Position numbers and translations under genes: made by a program
The notes under the pieces: model-generated
The model's database searches: none
Seen by the model: only the letters and a program-made list of their open reading frames with translations
What the model was told of the DNA's origin: nothing
Part shown: positions 28,232-38,052 of the stretch, in pieces
Layout of the letters: every line of letters starts with the position of its first letter
How positions within the stretch are numbered: the stretch's first letter is position 1
Assembly: GCA_963665275.2 (NCBI GenBank)
Contig: CAXXIN010000007.1
Coordinates: forward strand, 672,001 to 736,000
Origin: Negativicutes bacterium
Lineage (GTDB): Bacteria; Bacillota; Negativicutes; UBA1444
Reading direction: 5' to 3'
DNA length: 64,000 nucleotides

Positions 28232-29651
28232 CTAAAGATCATTTTGTTTTTCATACAAGCAGCACGTCATCTGCTGCGACTGCAGAATCTTGTAGCAGGA
28301 AGCAAGAGCCTGTTTGACTTGGGCGGTGGAGGTTCCCCCCTCTGAATTCCGTGCTTCAATACAGGTTTCGATACGCAACGCTTCCAGAATATCGGGCCCA
28401 AACAATGAGCACATTGCCTGCAGCTCCGGCAGGGGCAACTCCGTTAGACTGCGCTCGGTTTCGATAGCTATACGCACCGCTCGTCCCACTACGGCATGGG
28501 CTTCGCGGAAAGGCAATCCTTTGCGCACCAGATAATCGGCCATGTCCGTTGCATTGGAATAATCATCGTCCAGAACTTGGCGCATTCGATCTGCATTAAC
28601 CTTCATACCCTTCAACATCGAGGCATAAACCGAAAGGCTGAATTTCAGGGTGTCGATCGTATCGAACACACCTTCCTTGTCTTCCTGCAAATCTTTGTTG
28701 TAAGTCATGGGCAATCCTTTGAGAATCGTCAACATAGCCATCAGATGACCCACCACACGGCCGGTTTTTCCTCTCACCAGTTCGCAAACATCAGGGTTTT
28801 TCTTTTGCGGCATGATGCTGGATCCGGTGCAGTGTGCATCATCGAGTTCGATGAAGGCGAATTCGGTGGAAGACCACAGGATCAGCTCTTCGCTGAGCCG
28901 GGAAAGATGAACCATTAAAATCGAAGCAAAAGACAGGAATTCCAGGATATAATCCCGATCGCTCACTGCATCCATACTGTTGGCCATAGATACGAGAAAA
29001 CTTTAATTCATCGGCGACCATGCGACGGTCGATGGGAAAGGTAGTACCTGCCAAGGCGCCGGCGCCGAGAGGCATGATGTCTGTACGCTCCCACACTCCC
29101 CGCAATCGGTCAAAATCCCGCGACAGCATGTGAAAATAGGCTAGCAAATGGTGGGAGAACAGCACTGGCTGCGCCCGCTGCAAATGAGTATATCCTGGCA
29201 GAATAACGTCGATGTTGATTTCGGCCACTTCAAGCAGTGCGCTTTCCATGGAATGAAGGAGCGAAGCAATCGATTGGATAGCCGATTTCATATACATGTG
29301 AGTGTCAAGCGCCACCTGATCGTTGCGGCTGCGGGCGGTGTGCAGCTTGCCGCCTACCGGTCCGATCCGCTCCGTAAGGCGTTTTTCAATATTCATGTGA
29401 ATATCTTCAAGGGCAATTTCAAAAGTGAAGTTTCCGGCTTCGATATCCGCCAGGATGGATGCCAATCCGGCAATAATGGTGTCGGTTTCCATCTGAGTCA
29501 AAATCCCACAGCGTCCGAGCATGCGGGCATGCGCCATGCTACCAAGAATATCTTGCCGGTACATCCGTTGGTCAAAGGAAATGGAGGAGGTGAACTCCTC
29601 CACACTCGCGTCGGTGTCCCGGGTAAACCGGCCACCCCACAGTTTCGTCAC
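28232..29651 (-). pseudogene. argH: Argininosuccinate lyase split by a 1-nt frameshift (pseudogene or sequence error)
   Basis: The N-terminal ORF (KLWGGRF, RSRNDQ, GYTHLQRAQP) and C-terminal ORF (NSMDAVSDRD, GSSIMPQKKNPD) join if one G is removed from TAT-GGC-C at 28984-28985. The span is 1420 nt = 3n+1. Confidence 0.9.
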
Positions 29652-30880
29652 TTCTTCTTCGCCTCTTTCTGCATCATCAGCGCCCGAATTTTGAGCGGCA
29701 GACCAAACAGATTAATGAAGCCTTCGGCATCTTTCTGATTGTAAACTTCGTCCCGTCCAAAGGTAACGAACCCTTCGCTATAGAGGGAATATGGTGATTT
29801 CGCGCCAGCGCTCATGATATTGCCTTTATAAAGTTTGACACGCACGGTGCCTGTCACCGTCTGCTGCGTCTCGTTCACAAAAGCATCCAAGGCTTCACGC
29901 AGCGGAGCAAACCACATTCCGTCATAAACCAGTTCAGCATAGCGAACAGCCATTTGTTCCTTGTAGTGTAGCGTTGCGCGGTCCAGCGTGAGGGCTTCCA
30001 GCTCCCTGTGGGCGTAGAAGAGGATCGATCCACCGGGAGTTTCGTAAACACCGCGGGATTTCATCCCTACGAGTCGATTTTCGACCAGGTCGGCAATTCC
30101 GACGCCATGTTTAGCGCCCAGTTCGTTAAGTTTGGTTACCAACTCCAACGGTTTAAGGGTTTTGCCGTCGATGGAAACAGGGATCCCTTTTTCAAATCCA
30201 ATTTCCACATATTCCGCCTTATCAGGAGCCGTCTCCGGTGTTTTGGAAATCATGCAGAGATCCGGTTTGGGCTCATTCCAGGGATCTTCGAGATCGGCGC
30301 CTTCGTGGCTCAGATGCCAGAGGTTTTCATCCATGCTGTACGGACGGGCTTTGGTGACCGGAATGGGAATACCGCGTTGTTCCGCATAATCGATGGCATC
30401 TTCACGAGACCGAATATCCCACATCCGCCAAGGCGCAATGATTTTCAGATGAGGAGCAAGGGCTTTGATTGTCAATTCAAAACGGACCTGATCGTTGCCT
30501 TTGCCAGTCGCGCCGTGAGCGATAGCTTCAGCGCCTTCCTGTGCTGCGACACGAGCCAGTGCCTGTGCAATGATCGGGCGCGCCATGGAGGTTCCCAAAA
30601 GATACTTCCCTTCATAGACAGCTCCAGCCTTCAATGTCGGCCAGATATAATCCGTGATGAAGGCTTCGCGCAAATCTTCCACGTATACTTTGCTGGCCCC
30701 TGTCTTAATCGCTTTGTTTTTTACAAATTCAAAATCGTCACCCTGACCGACATCAGCACACACCGCGATGACTTCATAACCGTAATTCTCAATTAGCCAG
30801 GGAATGATGACGGATGTATCCAATCCGCCGGAATAGGCCAGTACTACTTTTTTGTTTTCAGTTGCTTGTGTTTCGCTCAT
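29648..30880 (-). CDS. argG: Argininosuccinate synthase
   Basis: [24 protein letters not shown] and [12 protein letters not shown]. Confidence 0.97.
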   Translation of the reverse strand: MSETQATENKKVVLAYSGGLDTSVIIPWLIENYGYEVIAVCADVGQGDDFEFVKNKAIKTGASKVYVEDLREAFITDYIWPTLKAGAVYEGKYLLGTSMARPIIAQALARVAAQEGAEAIAHGATGKGNDQVRFELTIKALAPHLKIIAPWRMWDIRSREDAIDYAEQRGIPIPVTKARPYSMDENLWHLSHEGADLEDPWNEPKPDLCMISKTPETAPDKAEYVEIGFEKGIPVSIDGKTLKPLELVTKLNELGAKHGVGIADLVENRLVGMKSRGVYETPGGSILFYAHRELEALTLDRATLHYKEQMAVRYAELVYDGMWFAPLREALDAFVNETQQTVTGTVRVKLYKGNIMSAGAKSPYSLYSEGFVTFGRDEVYNQKDAEGFINLFGLPLKIRALMMQKEAKKK

Positions 30881-30917
30881 AATTATTTCCCTCCAAAAAA
30901 TCTATTATTCTTATATT

Positions 30918-31853
30918 CTACATCACCAACGCAAGTATTGCCTTCTGAACATGTAAACGATTTTCGGCTTCATCAAAAATTTCATCCGCGTGAGCTTCAA
31001 ACAATTCATCGCTAATTTCTTCACCCCGGTGCGCCGGCAGACAATGCTGCACCATCGCTCCCGGTTTGGCAATCGCCATCATGGCACTATTGAGGCTGTA
31101 GCCGCCGAAGGCTTTGAGCCTGGCCCTGTGTTCCGCTTCGTGCCCCATGCTGGACCATACGTCAGTCACCAGGACATCGGCGTCGCGCGCTGCTTCACGC
31201 GGGTCATTGCACACTACCACGCTGCCGCCGGTTTCCAGTGCTGCCGCTTGTGCAGATGCAACAATATCAGCCTTGGGTTCATAGCCGGTCGGTGTGGCTA
31301 CAACGATATGCATGCCGGTCTTGGCGCCCCCCTCCATCAGGGAGTTTGCCATATTGAAACCATCCCCCAGAAAAGCGAGCTTCAGCCCCTTAAGTGATCC
31401 CTTATGTTCACGCACGGTAAACAAATCTGCCAGCACCTGACAGGGATGATGGGAATCCGTCAGTCCATTAACAACCGGGATCGAAGCCCACTCAGCCAGC
31501 TCTTCCACATCTTTCTGCGCATAGGTTCGGATCATGATGCCGTCGAGATATCGCGAAAGTACACGGGCGGTGTCCCGAATCGGTTCGCCCCGTCCCATCT
31601 GCAGGTCATTGGCGGAAAGGAACAGCGCCGAACCACCGAGTTGATACATTCCCACCTCGAAAGAAACACGGGTCCGAGTGGATGATTTTTGAAAAATCAT
31701 GCCCAAAGACTTTCCCTTGAGCAGTGGATGTTCAATACCGGCCTTCTGTTTCTGCTTCAGATCAGCCGCCGTACAAAAGATTTCCTCCACCTCCGCCGGT
31801 GACAGATCGTGCAGCGACAGCAAATCCTTTCCTTTCATACTCGTCATACTCAT
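30918..31853 (-). CDS. argF: Ornithine carbamoyltransferase
   Basis: SSTRTR, HPCQ, DVWSSMG and HCLPAHRG. Confidence 0.96.
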   Translation of the reverse strand: MSMTSMKGKDLLSLHDLSPAEVEEIFCTAADLKQKQKAGIEHPLLKGKSLGMIFQKSSTRTRVSFEVGMYQLGGSALFLSANDLQMGRGEPIRDTARVLSRYLDGIMIRTYAQKDVEELAEWASIPVVNGLTDSHHPCQVLADLFTVREHKGSLKGLKLAFLGDGFNMANSLMEGGAKTGMHIVVATPTGYEPKADIVASAQAAALETGGSVVVCNDPREAARDADVLVTDVWSSMGHEAEHRARLKAFGGYSLNSAMMAIAKPGAMVQHCLPAHRGEEISDELFEAHADEIFDEAENRLHVQKAILALVM

Positions 31854-31892
31854 GATATACCTTCCTTTATTTCCGTCGGCATAAGCTGACGG

Positions 31893-33086
31893 TTATTGCC
31901 ACTTTTCCAGCACGGCGTCAAGCACGGCGATGACCTCGTCCACGTGCCCGCGGTTAATGTTCAGCGGTGGAACGAAACGCAGTACGTTACCGGCGGTGCA
32001 GTTGATGATAACACCTTGTTTCATGCAAAGGTCGACAACTTCGCGACCAGGCTTGGACAGTTCTGCGCCTGCCATCAATCCTTTGCCGCGGACTTTCTGG
32101 ATCAAGACGGGATATTTTTTCTGCAGTGCAACCAGTTGATCTATCAAATATGTTCCTATCGCCACAGCGTTCGCCATCAGGTTTTCGTTTTCGATAACGT
32201 CAAGTACCGCCAACGCCGCAGCGCAGGCGAGAGGATTCCCGCCGAAAGTTGAGCCATGGTCGCCAGGCGCAAAAGCCGCTGCCGCCGCTTCTGTAGCAAG
32301 GAATGCACCGATCGGCACGCCGCCGGCCAGTCCTTTGGCCAAAGTGACAATATCAGGCTTGACGCCATAGCCTTGACAGGCCAGGAACGTTCCGGTACGG
32401 CCCATCCCACTCTGGATTTCATCGAAAATCAACAGAGCGTCATATTGGTCGCACAATTCACGTGCATATTGCAAATAACCGTCAATCGGGACATGGATGC
32501 CGCCTTCGCCCTGAACCGGTTCAATCATCACAGCGCATGTCTTTTCATTTACGACGGCCGCCAGCGCATTCTTATCATTGAACGGCACGTATTGAAAACC
32601 GCCGGGCAAAGGTTCATAGCCTTCCCTGTACTTGGGTTGGCCCGTGGCTGTCAGTGTTGCCAGTGTACGCCCATGAAAAGAGTGTTCCGCAGTCACGATC
32701 TCGAACTTGTCCGGGCTCTTCAGTTTACCGTATTTGCGGGCCAGTTTCATCGCGCCTTCATTGGCTTCTGCGCCGCTGTTGGCAATAAAAACCCTGTCCA
32801 TCGATGATAGATGGGCCAGCTTCTCAATCAGACGACCCTGCGGTTCAGTGTAATATAGATTGGAGCAATGAATCAACCGGCCGGCCTGTTCACAGATCGC
32901 CTTCACCAGTTGCGGATGTGCATGCCCCAGAACATTGACGGCAATACCCGCCAAAAAATCGATATACTTCTTGCCCTCGGTATCATAGATATATGGGCCC
33001 TCTCCGTGCGAGAGCACCAACGGATACCGGCTGAAAACCGGCATGTAATATTTGCTATCCTGGGCAAAAACAGCCATCTTATCCAT
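31893..33086 (-). CDS. argD: Acetylornithine aminotransferase
   Basis: NSGAEANE, FHGRT, EPVQGEGG, FDEIQSG, LAKGLAGG and HGSTFGGNP. Confidence 0.95.
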   Translation of the reverse strand: MDKMAVFAQDSKYYMPVFSRYPLVLSHGEGPYIYDTEGKKYIDFLAGIAVNVLGHAHPQLVKAICEQAGRLIHCSNLYYTEPQGRLIEKLAHLSSMDRVFIANSGAEANEGAMKLARKYGKLKSPDKFEIVTAEHSFHGRTLATLTATGQPKYREGYEPLPGGFQYVPFNDKNALAAVVNEKTCAVMIEPVQGEGGIHVPIDGYLQYARELCDQYDALLIFDEIQSGMGRTGTFLACQGYGVKPDIVTLAKGLAGGVPIGAFLATEAAAAAFAPGDHGSTFGGNPLACAAALAVLDVIENENLMANAVAIGTYLIDQLVALQKKYPVLIQKVRGKGLMAGAELSKPGREVVDLCMKQGVIINCTAGNVLRFVPPLNINRGHVDEVIAVLDAVLEKWQ

Positions 33087-33954
33087 TGACAGTCACCGCC
33101 TTTTGCTTTACAACCGCCGTGCCGGCAGCATTGCCGGGTCGGAGCGACTCCACAATGCAATGAGGTCTGCGGCCATCAACAACCCGCGCCAATTGGGCCC
33201 CGTTTTCCAGTGCGCCTATACAAGCCTGCACCTTAGGTATCATACCTCCATCCACGACCCCGCACTTGATCATTTCAGTTGCTTCATCGAACGGCAATTC
33301 GCAAATCAAGCTGTTCTTATCGCAATAGTCGCGAAAAACGCCTTCCACATCCGTGAGCAGTAAAAAAACATCCGCTTTCAACTGCGCAGCGACTGCCGCA
33401 GCTGCCGTATCGGCGTTGATGTTGTAGGTCTGTCCTTCTGCGTCGGCGCCGATGGGCGCAATCACCGGCACATAGCCAGCATCCATCAGGGTGGTGAGCA
33501 ACTCAGCTCGCACAGCCGCCACTTCACCGACAAACCCAATGTCCACCTGTCTCGCTGCGCCAGACTCGTACACCGTGGCCAAGTGTTTACGAACTTCAAA
33601 CAGGTCGGCGTCTTTTCCATTCAAGCCCACCGCGCGCACACCGGCACGATTGATATAATTGACCAACTCGGGATTCGTCTTGCCGACCAGCGCCATCTCC
33701 GCGAGAGTTGCAGTTTCAGCATCAGTCACTCGCAGCCCGGCAATAAACTCGGACTTTTTGTTCATCGCTTTGAGCAGGCCCGTAATTTCAGGCCCCCCTC
33801 CATGCACGATGACGATTCTCACCCCAGCCTGCCACAGGTCTGCGATATCCTGCGCCACAGCCTTCTTTAAGGATGCATCAAGCATCGCATTGCCGCCGTA
33901 CTTGACCACTACGGTCTTTCCCTGCCAGCTCTTGAGTTCCGCAGCTCCCATCAT
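33079..33954 (-). CDS. argB: Acetylglutamate kinase
   Basis: VKYGGNAM, VHGGG, GLRVTD, NINAD and GGMIPK. Confidence 0.95.
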   Translation of the reverse strand: MMGAAELKSWQGKTVVVKYGGNAMLDASLKKAVAQDIADLWQAGVRIVIVHGGGPEITGLLKAMNKKSEFIAGLRVTDAETATLAEMALVGKTNPELVNYINRAGVRAVGLNGKDADLFEVRKHLATVYESGAARQVDIGFVGEVAAVRAELLTTLMDAGYVPVIAPIGADAEGQTYNINADTAAAAVAAQLKADVFLLLTDVEGVFRDYCDKNSLICELPFDEATEMIKCGVVDGGMIPKVQACIGALENGAQLARVVDGRRPHCIVESLRPGNAAGTAVVKQKAVTVNG

Positions 33955-35159
33955 GTTGTATATTCCCCGTTAATTTTGATATATTCATATGACATATCGC
34001 AGGTGTACACGGTTGCTGTTGCCGTCCCAACTCCGAGGTTGATAACGACTTTGATCTCCCGCTCCGCCATCGCAGAGCGCAACTCTTTCACATCAAATTT
34101 CGCACCCAGTCCCGCCTCGACAATCTGAACGCCACCAATGGACAAGGTTGTTTTTTCGGGCGACAGTTCAGCGCCGGAATACCCCGCAGCGCAGAGAATA
34201 CGGCCCCAGTTCGGATCCTGTCCGAAGAACGCAGTTTTCACCAGCGGAGAATTGGCGATTGCCATGCCGGCTTTTTTGGCGTCGGCCTCGTTGACTGCCC
34301 CTTGTACTTCGATTTCGATAAACTTGGTGGCCCCTTCACCATCGCGGGCAACCTTCTTGGCCAGATTCAAAGCTGCTGCGCGCAGGGCGCCTGCGAACTC
34401 TTCATATTCCGGACCATCCAGACTCTTGATCTGAGGATTGCCAGCCATTCCATTCGCAAATACGACTAACATATCATTCGTACTCATATCGCCATCAACT
34501 GTGATACGGTTGAATGACACCTCAACTGCTTCTGAGAGAGCCTTCTGCAGCACATCCGGCGTAACGGCGGCATCTGTCGTGATGAGCGCCAGCACAGTCG
34601 CCATATTGGGGCAGATCATGCCGGCGCCCTTGGACATGCCACCGAAGCGCACAGGCACTCCGCCAATATCCGCAACGTACCCGCAGGTTTTCACAAAAGT
34701 ATCCGTTGTCATAATGGCCTGGGAAGCCTTTTCTCCACCGAACTCCGACAGTTCCGCCACCGCCTGCCGTACACCGGCGGACAGTTTTTCCATCGGAAGA
34801 GGCACGCCAATGACTCCGGTAGAGGCCACCAATACGGCCTCCGGGGAGACGTCCAGCAACGCGGCCACCTGTTTGGCAGTATTCTTCGCGTCGGCGAGTC
34901 CCTGTTCCCCTGTGCAGGCATTGGCACAGCCAGCGTTGAGAACAATCACCCGCCCCGATACGTTCTTCAGCGCAGCTCGTGACACGAGAACCGGCGCCGC
35001 AGGAAATTTGTTCGTTGTGAATCGTCCGGCCCAGATTGCTTCAACCGTGCTGAAAACAAGCGCGACATCTTCCTTGCCATTTTTCTTGATACCGGCCTTG
35101 ACACCGGACGCTTTGAATCCCCTGGGAAAAGTTACTCCCCCCGCTACTTCCTTCAACAC
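33951..35159 (-). CDS. argJ: Ornithine acetyltransferase / N-acetylglutamate synthase
   Basis: ANACTG, STGVIG, IMTTDT, KGAGMICPNMAT, DGEGATK and INGEYTT; GTG start. Confidence 0.96.
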   Translation of the reverse strand: MLKEVAGGVTFPRGFKASGVKAGIKKNGKEDVALVFSTVEAIWAGRFTTNKFPAAPVLVSRAALKNVSGRVIVLNAGCANACTGEQGLADAKNTAKQVAALLDVSPEAVLVASTGVIGVPLPMEKLSAGVRQAVAELSEFGGEKASQAIMTTDTFVKTCGYVADIGGVPVRFGGMSKGAGMICPNMATVLALITTDAAVTPDVLQKALSEAVEVSFNRITVDGDMSTNDMLVVFANGMAGNPQIKSLDGPEYEEFAGALRAAALNLAKKVARDGEGATKFIEIEVQGAVNEADAKKAGMAIANSPLVKTAFFGQDPNWGRILCAAGYSGAELSPEKTTLSIGGVQIVEAGLGAKFDVKELRSAMAEREIKVVINLGVGTATATVYTCDMSYEYIKINGEYTT

Positions 35160-35175
35160 GATCCCATCCCCCTCA

Positions 35176-35581
35176 TTATGGATATAATGGCGCCTGCATA
35201 AATCCCAAAAGCATTAGATATGTGCAACCTTGATCTGATTCCTTTTCATTTCTGTCAATCCATAAACGGCCTTGGAATCTGCATGAATGTGTTTCAGCTT
35301 ATACCATTACCATCGTTCATATACCATTATATCAGAGAACCTGTAGTCGGCGCCCATATCGATCAGCCTTGCTCCAGCTGACGTCACCCGTTCCATGATC
35401 GCCATCGCGTGGTGCGGCAACAGGCGAAAACTACATCACTCTTCGCAGCTATCTGATTGACTTCCTTGATGGAAATCATCTTATCGTGATAAAATTGGTT
35501 TAAATGTCGATATGTCTGAATAATGGAGGTTCCTGTCTGATTCTCCGAACTCAGGTACTGAACCTGAGCTTGCGAATGATT
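35176..35581 (-). pseudogene. argC: Degraded N-acetyl-gamma-glutamyl-phosphate reductase remnant
   Basis: Hand translation: NHSQAQVQYLSSENQTG...SDVVFA/LPHHAM...RLIDMGADYRFSD..VYERW*WYK...AVYGLTEM..NQIK.AHI*...GFMQAPLYP*. There is no start codon, a frameshift near 35421, a stop at 35307-35309 and a large deletion near 35214. Confidence 0.88.
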
Positions 35582-35586
35582 TGTTT

Positions 35587-35622
35587 TTGATTATTATACA
35601 CCTTTGTTGTATTTTTTTGCAA
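35587..35622 (-). promoter_or_regulatory. Putative arg operon promoter with an overlapping ARG-box-like site
   Basis: TTGCAA-N18-TATAAT; TGTATAATAATCAA (35587-35600) resembles the ArgR box. Confidence 0.5.
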
Positions 35623-35777
35623 CACCATTTTGTGTATTGTATTATATATTATGATACGGCAATCATTCACTCGTTGCCAATATGGCGCAACGAACCAATG
35701 GAAGGTCCATTTCGGCTCCCACTCCATTTTTTTTGAAATCGACATAAGACAGAAATACTACCGCATAGAATTCAGAC

Positions 35778-36296
35778 TCACTTATACCGGGTTACTTCGA
35801 ATCGGTACATTTCCAGAGATTCGTCGGGGTCAATTCCTGCTTTGCGGCACGCGATCAATACTTGGTCTTCAGCTGTGTCAACCCCCTCCAAATCAGGCAG
35901 CAGCACACCCGACCGACTACCATGCCGAACGATTACGCCGTAACGTTTAGGGTCCAACTTCTCCATGGCATCAATTCGTTCCGGAGTCCCCAAAATATCC
36001 ACTGAAACATCTAGTTCGTCCAATTCTGAAATTTGCACCCGGCTGAAGCGCGGGTCTTCCGTTGCGGCGCTGACAGCATTGCGAATTACCTCCTGCGCAG
36101 CACTAGGCTGGGTAGGCAATATCGTTCCGATACACCCGCGCAACTGTCCCTGTTTTTTGAGCGACACAAAGACTCCTGCCCGGTTGGTCATCTCCGGGGG
36201 TAATGCGCCGGCAGGTTCTGGCAACATGACCGCATGTTCCAAATAATAGCGCATGCTTTCCCTGGCGAGACGAACCGGTATGCTTTCTTCTTTCAT
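35778..36296 (-). CDS. amrA: AMMECR1-domain protein (AmmeMemoRadiSam system protein A)
   Basis: GVFVSLKKQGQLRGCIGT, DPRF, GVLLPDL. Confidence 0.92.
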   Translation of the reverse strand: MKEESIPVRLARESMRYYLEHAVMLPEPAGALPPEMTNRAGVFVSLKKQGQLRGCIGTILPTQPSAAQEVIRNAVSAATEDPRFSRVQISELDELDVSVDILGTPERIDAMEKLDPKRYGVIVRHGSRSGVLLPDLEGVDTAEDQVLIACRKAGIDPDESLEMYRFEVTRYK

Positions 36297-36299
36297 TCA

Positions 36300-37154
36300 T
36301 TACCCCTCCTTTGCTTTGCGGTGACCTTTGATTGCAAAAACCGCCACTCCATAGCCGACGCCGAAAGGTCCTTCATAGGAAAGAATCTCTGGCTCAGCGT
36401 CCATTCCGTCCAAAGTCCCCATCAAAAAGAATAGCGGTCTTAGGCCGCATTCTCCTGCCTCTTCAACCAAATCGGGCTCAATGCTGAACATGGCCTTAAC
36501 GTCCATCGCCCGTATTAACTCCATGATTCGCTCGTCAAATATACGACCTTTGGGGCTGTACCCTGCGGGAGCGCCCGGCGTCAAACGGTGGGACAGATCA
36601 CCGGAAGCTACAACCGCCGTGTTTTGCCGGGTAGTCGCAATAGCCCCCTGAACAGCTTTTCCAAAAGCGTACATTTCCGGATAAGTAAGCAGTCCTACTG
36701 TCAGATGTACCACTTGTCCGCGAAATCCGGCCTTATAAAGATAGTACAGTGGAATAACAGCGCCATGGTCAAGCTGCAGGGAGAAACGATGTTCCTGGGC
36801 AAGTTGTTCATCCAGCTTCACCAGACTGACGCCCAGCCGTTCAGCTTGCTTAACAATATTCTGAGCTAGAAGATTATTGGTCTCGAAAGTCACTGCAACT
36901 TCTGAAGCGCCAAAAGACGCCAGACTACCTCGCAGAACCGGAGACATGTTGATTCCAACCGCGTCACTGAAAGCAGGCCCATGCGGTGTTATAATTACAA
37001 TGGTAGAAGGTTTGTTCTGTATCAGAAACTTTGCTGCAGCCTCCGCAGCCACTGCACTATTCCTTACCCGGTCTGACTCCGCCCCTCCCACTTCGGACAG
37101 CATGATTGGCGGATGAGGCAGTAACGCGCAACCAGTCATATAAGTCACATTCAT
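36300..37154 (-). CDS. amrB: Memo/LigB-like protein (AmmeMemoRadiSam system protein B)
   Basis: PHPP, ITPHG, LDHGAVIPL, ASGDLSH, ECG and YEGPFGVGY. Start ATG 37154 after GAGGGG. Confidence 0.85.
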   Translation of the reverse strand: MNVTYMTGCALLPHPPIMLSEVGGAESDRVRNSAVAAEAAAKFLIQNKPSTIVIITPHGPAFSDAVGINMSPVLRGSLASFGASEVAVTFETNNLLAQNIVKQAERLGVSLVKLDEQLAQEHRFSLQLDHGAVIPLYYLYKAGFRGQVVHLTVGLLTYPEMYAFGKAVQGAIATTRQNTAVVASGDLSHRLTPGAPAGYSPKGRIFDERIMELIRAMDVKAMFSIEPDLVEEAGECGLRPLFFLMGTLDGMDAEPEILSYEGPFGVGYGVAVFAIKGHRKAKEG

Positions 37155-37247
37155 CGCTCCCCTCACCAGTATGATGTGATGACCTTCCACAGCTATTCCT
37201 GGAAATCCTGCTATTTGCAATTAATATATTAATTTTTCGGAGGTCGC

Positions 37248-37967
37248 ATGCGTTTGATAAAATGGATATTGATCCTCGGTCTCGTCGGCGGACTGTATTT
37301 TGGCTGGACTCAGTCTGGGGGAGTCAGCCCTATCCCCTCTTCTATTGAAAGCGTCCATAAATATTTTTCGTTTCGTGCGCATGTTGAATCGAAACTCACC
37401 CGCAAAAACTTTGTCGTCCTCACCCAGGTTCCCCTCACTTTTCAGCAAGCCTTAATCGCCGTTGAGGACAACCGCTTTTACCAACACATTGGCATTGACA
37501 TGGAGGCCATTTTTCGGGCCATCCTAGTCAATCTTCAATCTGGCGAACTTAAAGAGGGGGGCAGTACGATCACCCAGCAACTGGTCAAAAACCTATTTCT
37601 TTCCCAAGACCGAACCTGGAGCCGCAAAGCATTGGAAATCCCCCTGACGCTGCTCATGGAGCAGCAATTCTCCAAGCAGGAGATTCTGGAAATGTATATC
37701 AATACAATCTACTTTGGTTCCGGAGCCTATGGAATCGGCGATGCTACCCAAACCTATTTCAACAAGCCGCCGAGTTCCCTGGGGCTGGCGGAATCAGCAC
37801 TGATTGCCGGATTACCGGCCGCGCCTTCCGTTTACTCGCCCCTCGTGGACCTCACAATGTCGATCCAACGTCAACGGATCGTTCTGAACGCTATGGTCCG
37901 CTATGGATTCATCAGTCAACAGCAAGCAGAAGATGCTAGAAATACTCCGTTGAAACTTGCCCATTAA
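37248..37967 (+). CDS. Monofunctional peptidoglycan transglycosylase (GT51)
   Basis: N-terminal membrane anchor, EDNRFYQHIG, GGSTITQQLVKN, RKALE, KQEILEMYIN; no transpeptidase domain. Confidence 0.92.
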   Translation: MRLIKWILILGLVGGLYFGWTQSGGVSPIPSSIESVHKYFSFRAHVESKLTRKNFVVLTQVPLTFQQALIAVEDNRFYQHIGIDMEAIFRAILVNLQSGELKEGGSTITQQLVKNLFLSQDRTWSRKALEIPLTLLMEQQFSKQEILEMYINTIYFGSGAYGIGDATQTYFNKPPSSLGLAESALIAGLPAAPSVYSPLVDLTMSIQRQRIVLNAMVRYGFISQQQAEDARNTPLKLAH

Positions 37968-37985
37968 CCCATGCCGTTGGCGGCA

Positions 37986-38042
37986 GATGTATGAAATGAG
38001 GCCCGGAAAGCAGTATGCTCTCCGGGCCTCATTTCATACATC
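37986..38042. terminator. Long hairpin between convergent genes
   Basis: Perfect 22-bp inverted repeat GATGTATGAAATGAGGCCCGGA / TCCGGGCCTCATTTCATACATC. Confidence 0.75.
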
Positions 38043-38052
38043 ATTTTAAAAT

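Noticed and set aside
28970-28995. Programmed frameshift or two-subunit ArgH restarting at ATG 28987
   Set aside because: No slippery sequence and no Shine-Dalgarno before the ATG, and the upstream frame would add 48 unrelated residues.
35551-35950. Short ORFs (64 aa on -, 106 aa on +) upstream of the arg operon
   Set aside because: They overlap the promoter, the argC remnant and amrA. The 64-aa ORF does not match the ArgC frame or N-terminus.
36294-36302. Stop-codon readthrough or selenocysteine joining amrB and amrA
   Set aside because: There are two consecutive stops with TAA first, and a strong RBS for independent initiation.
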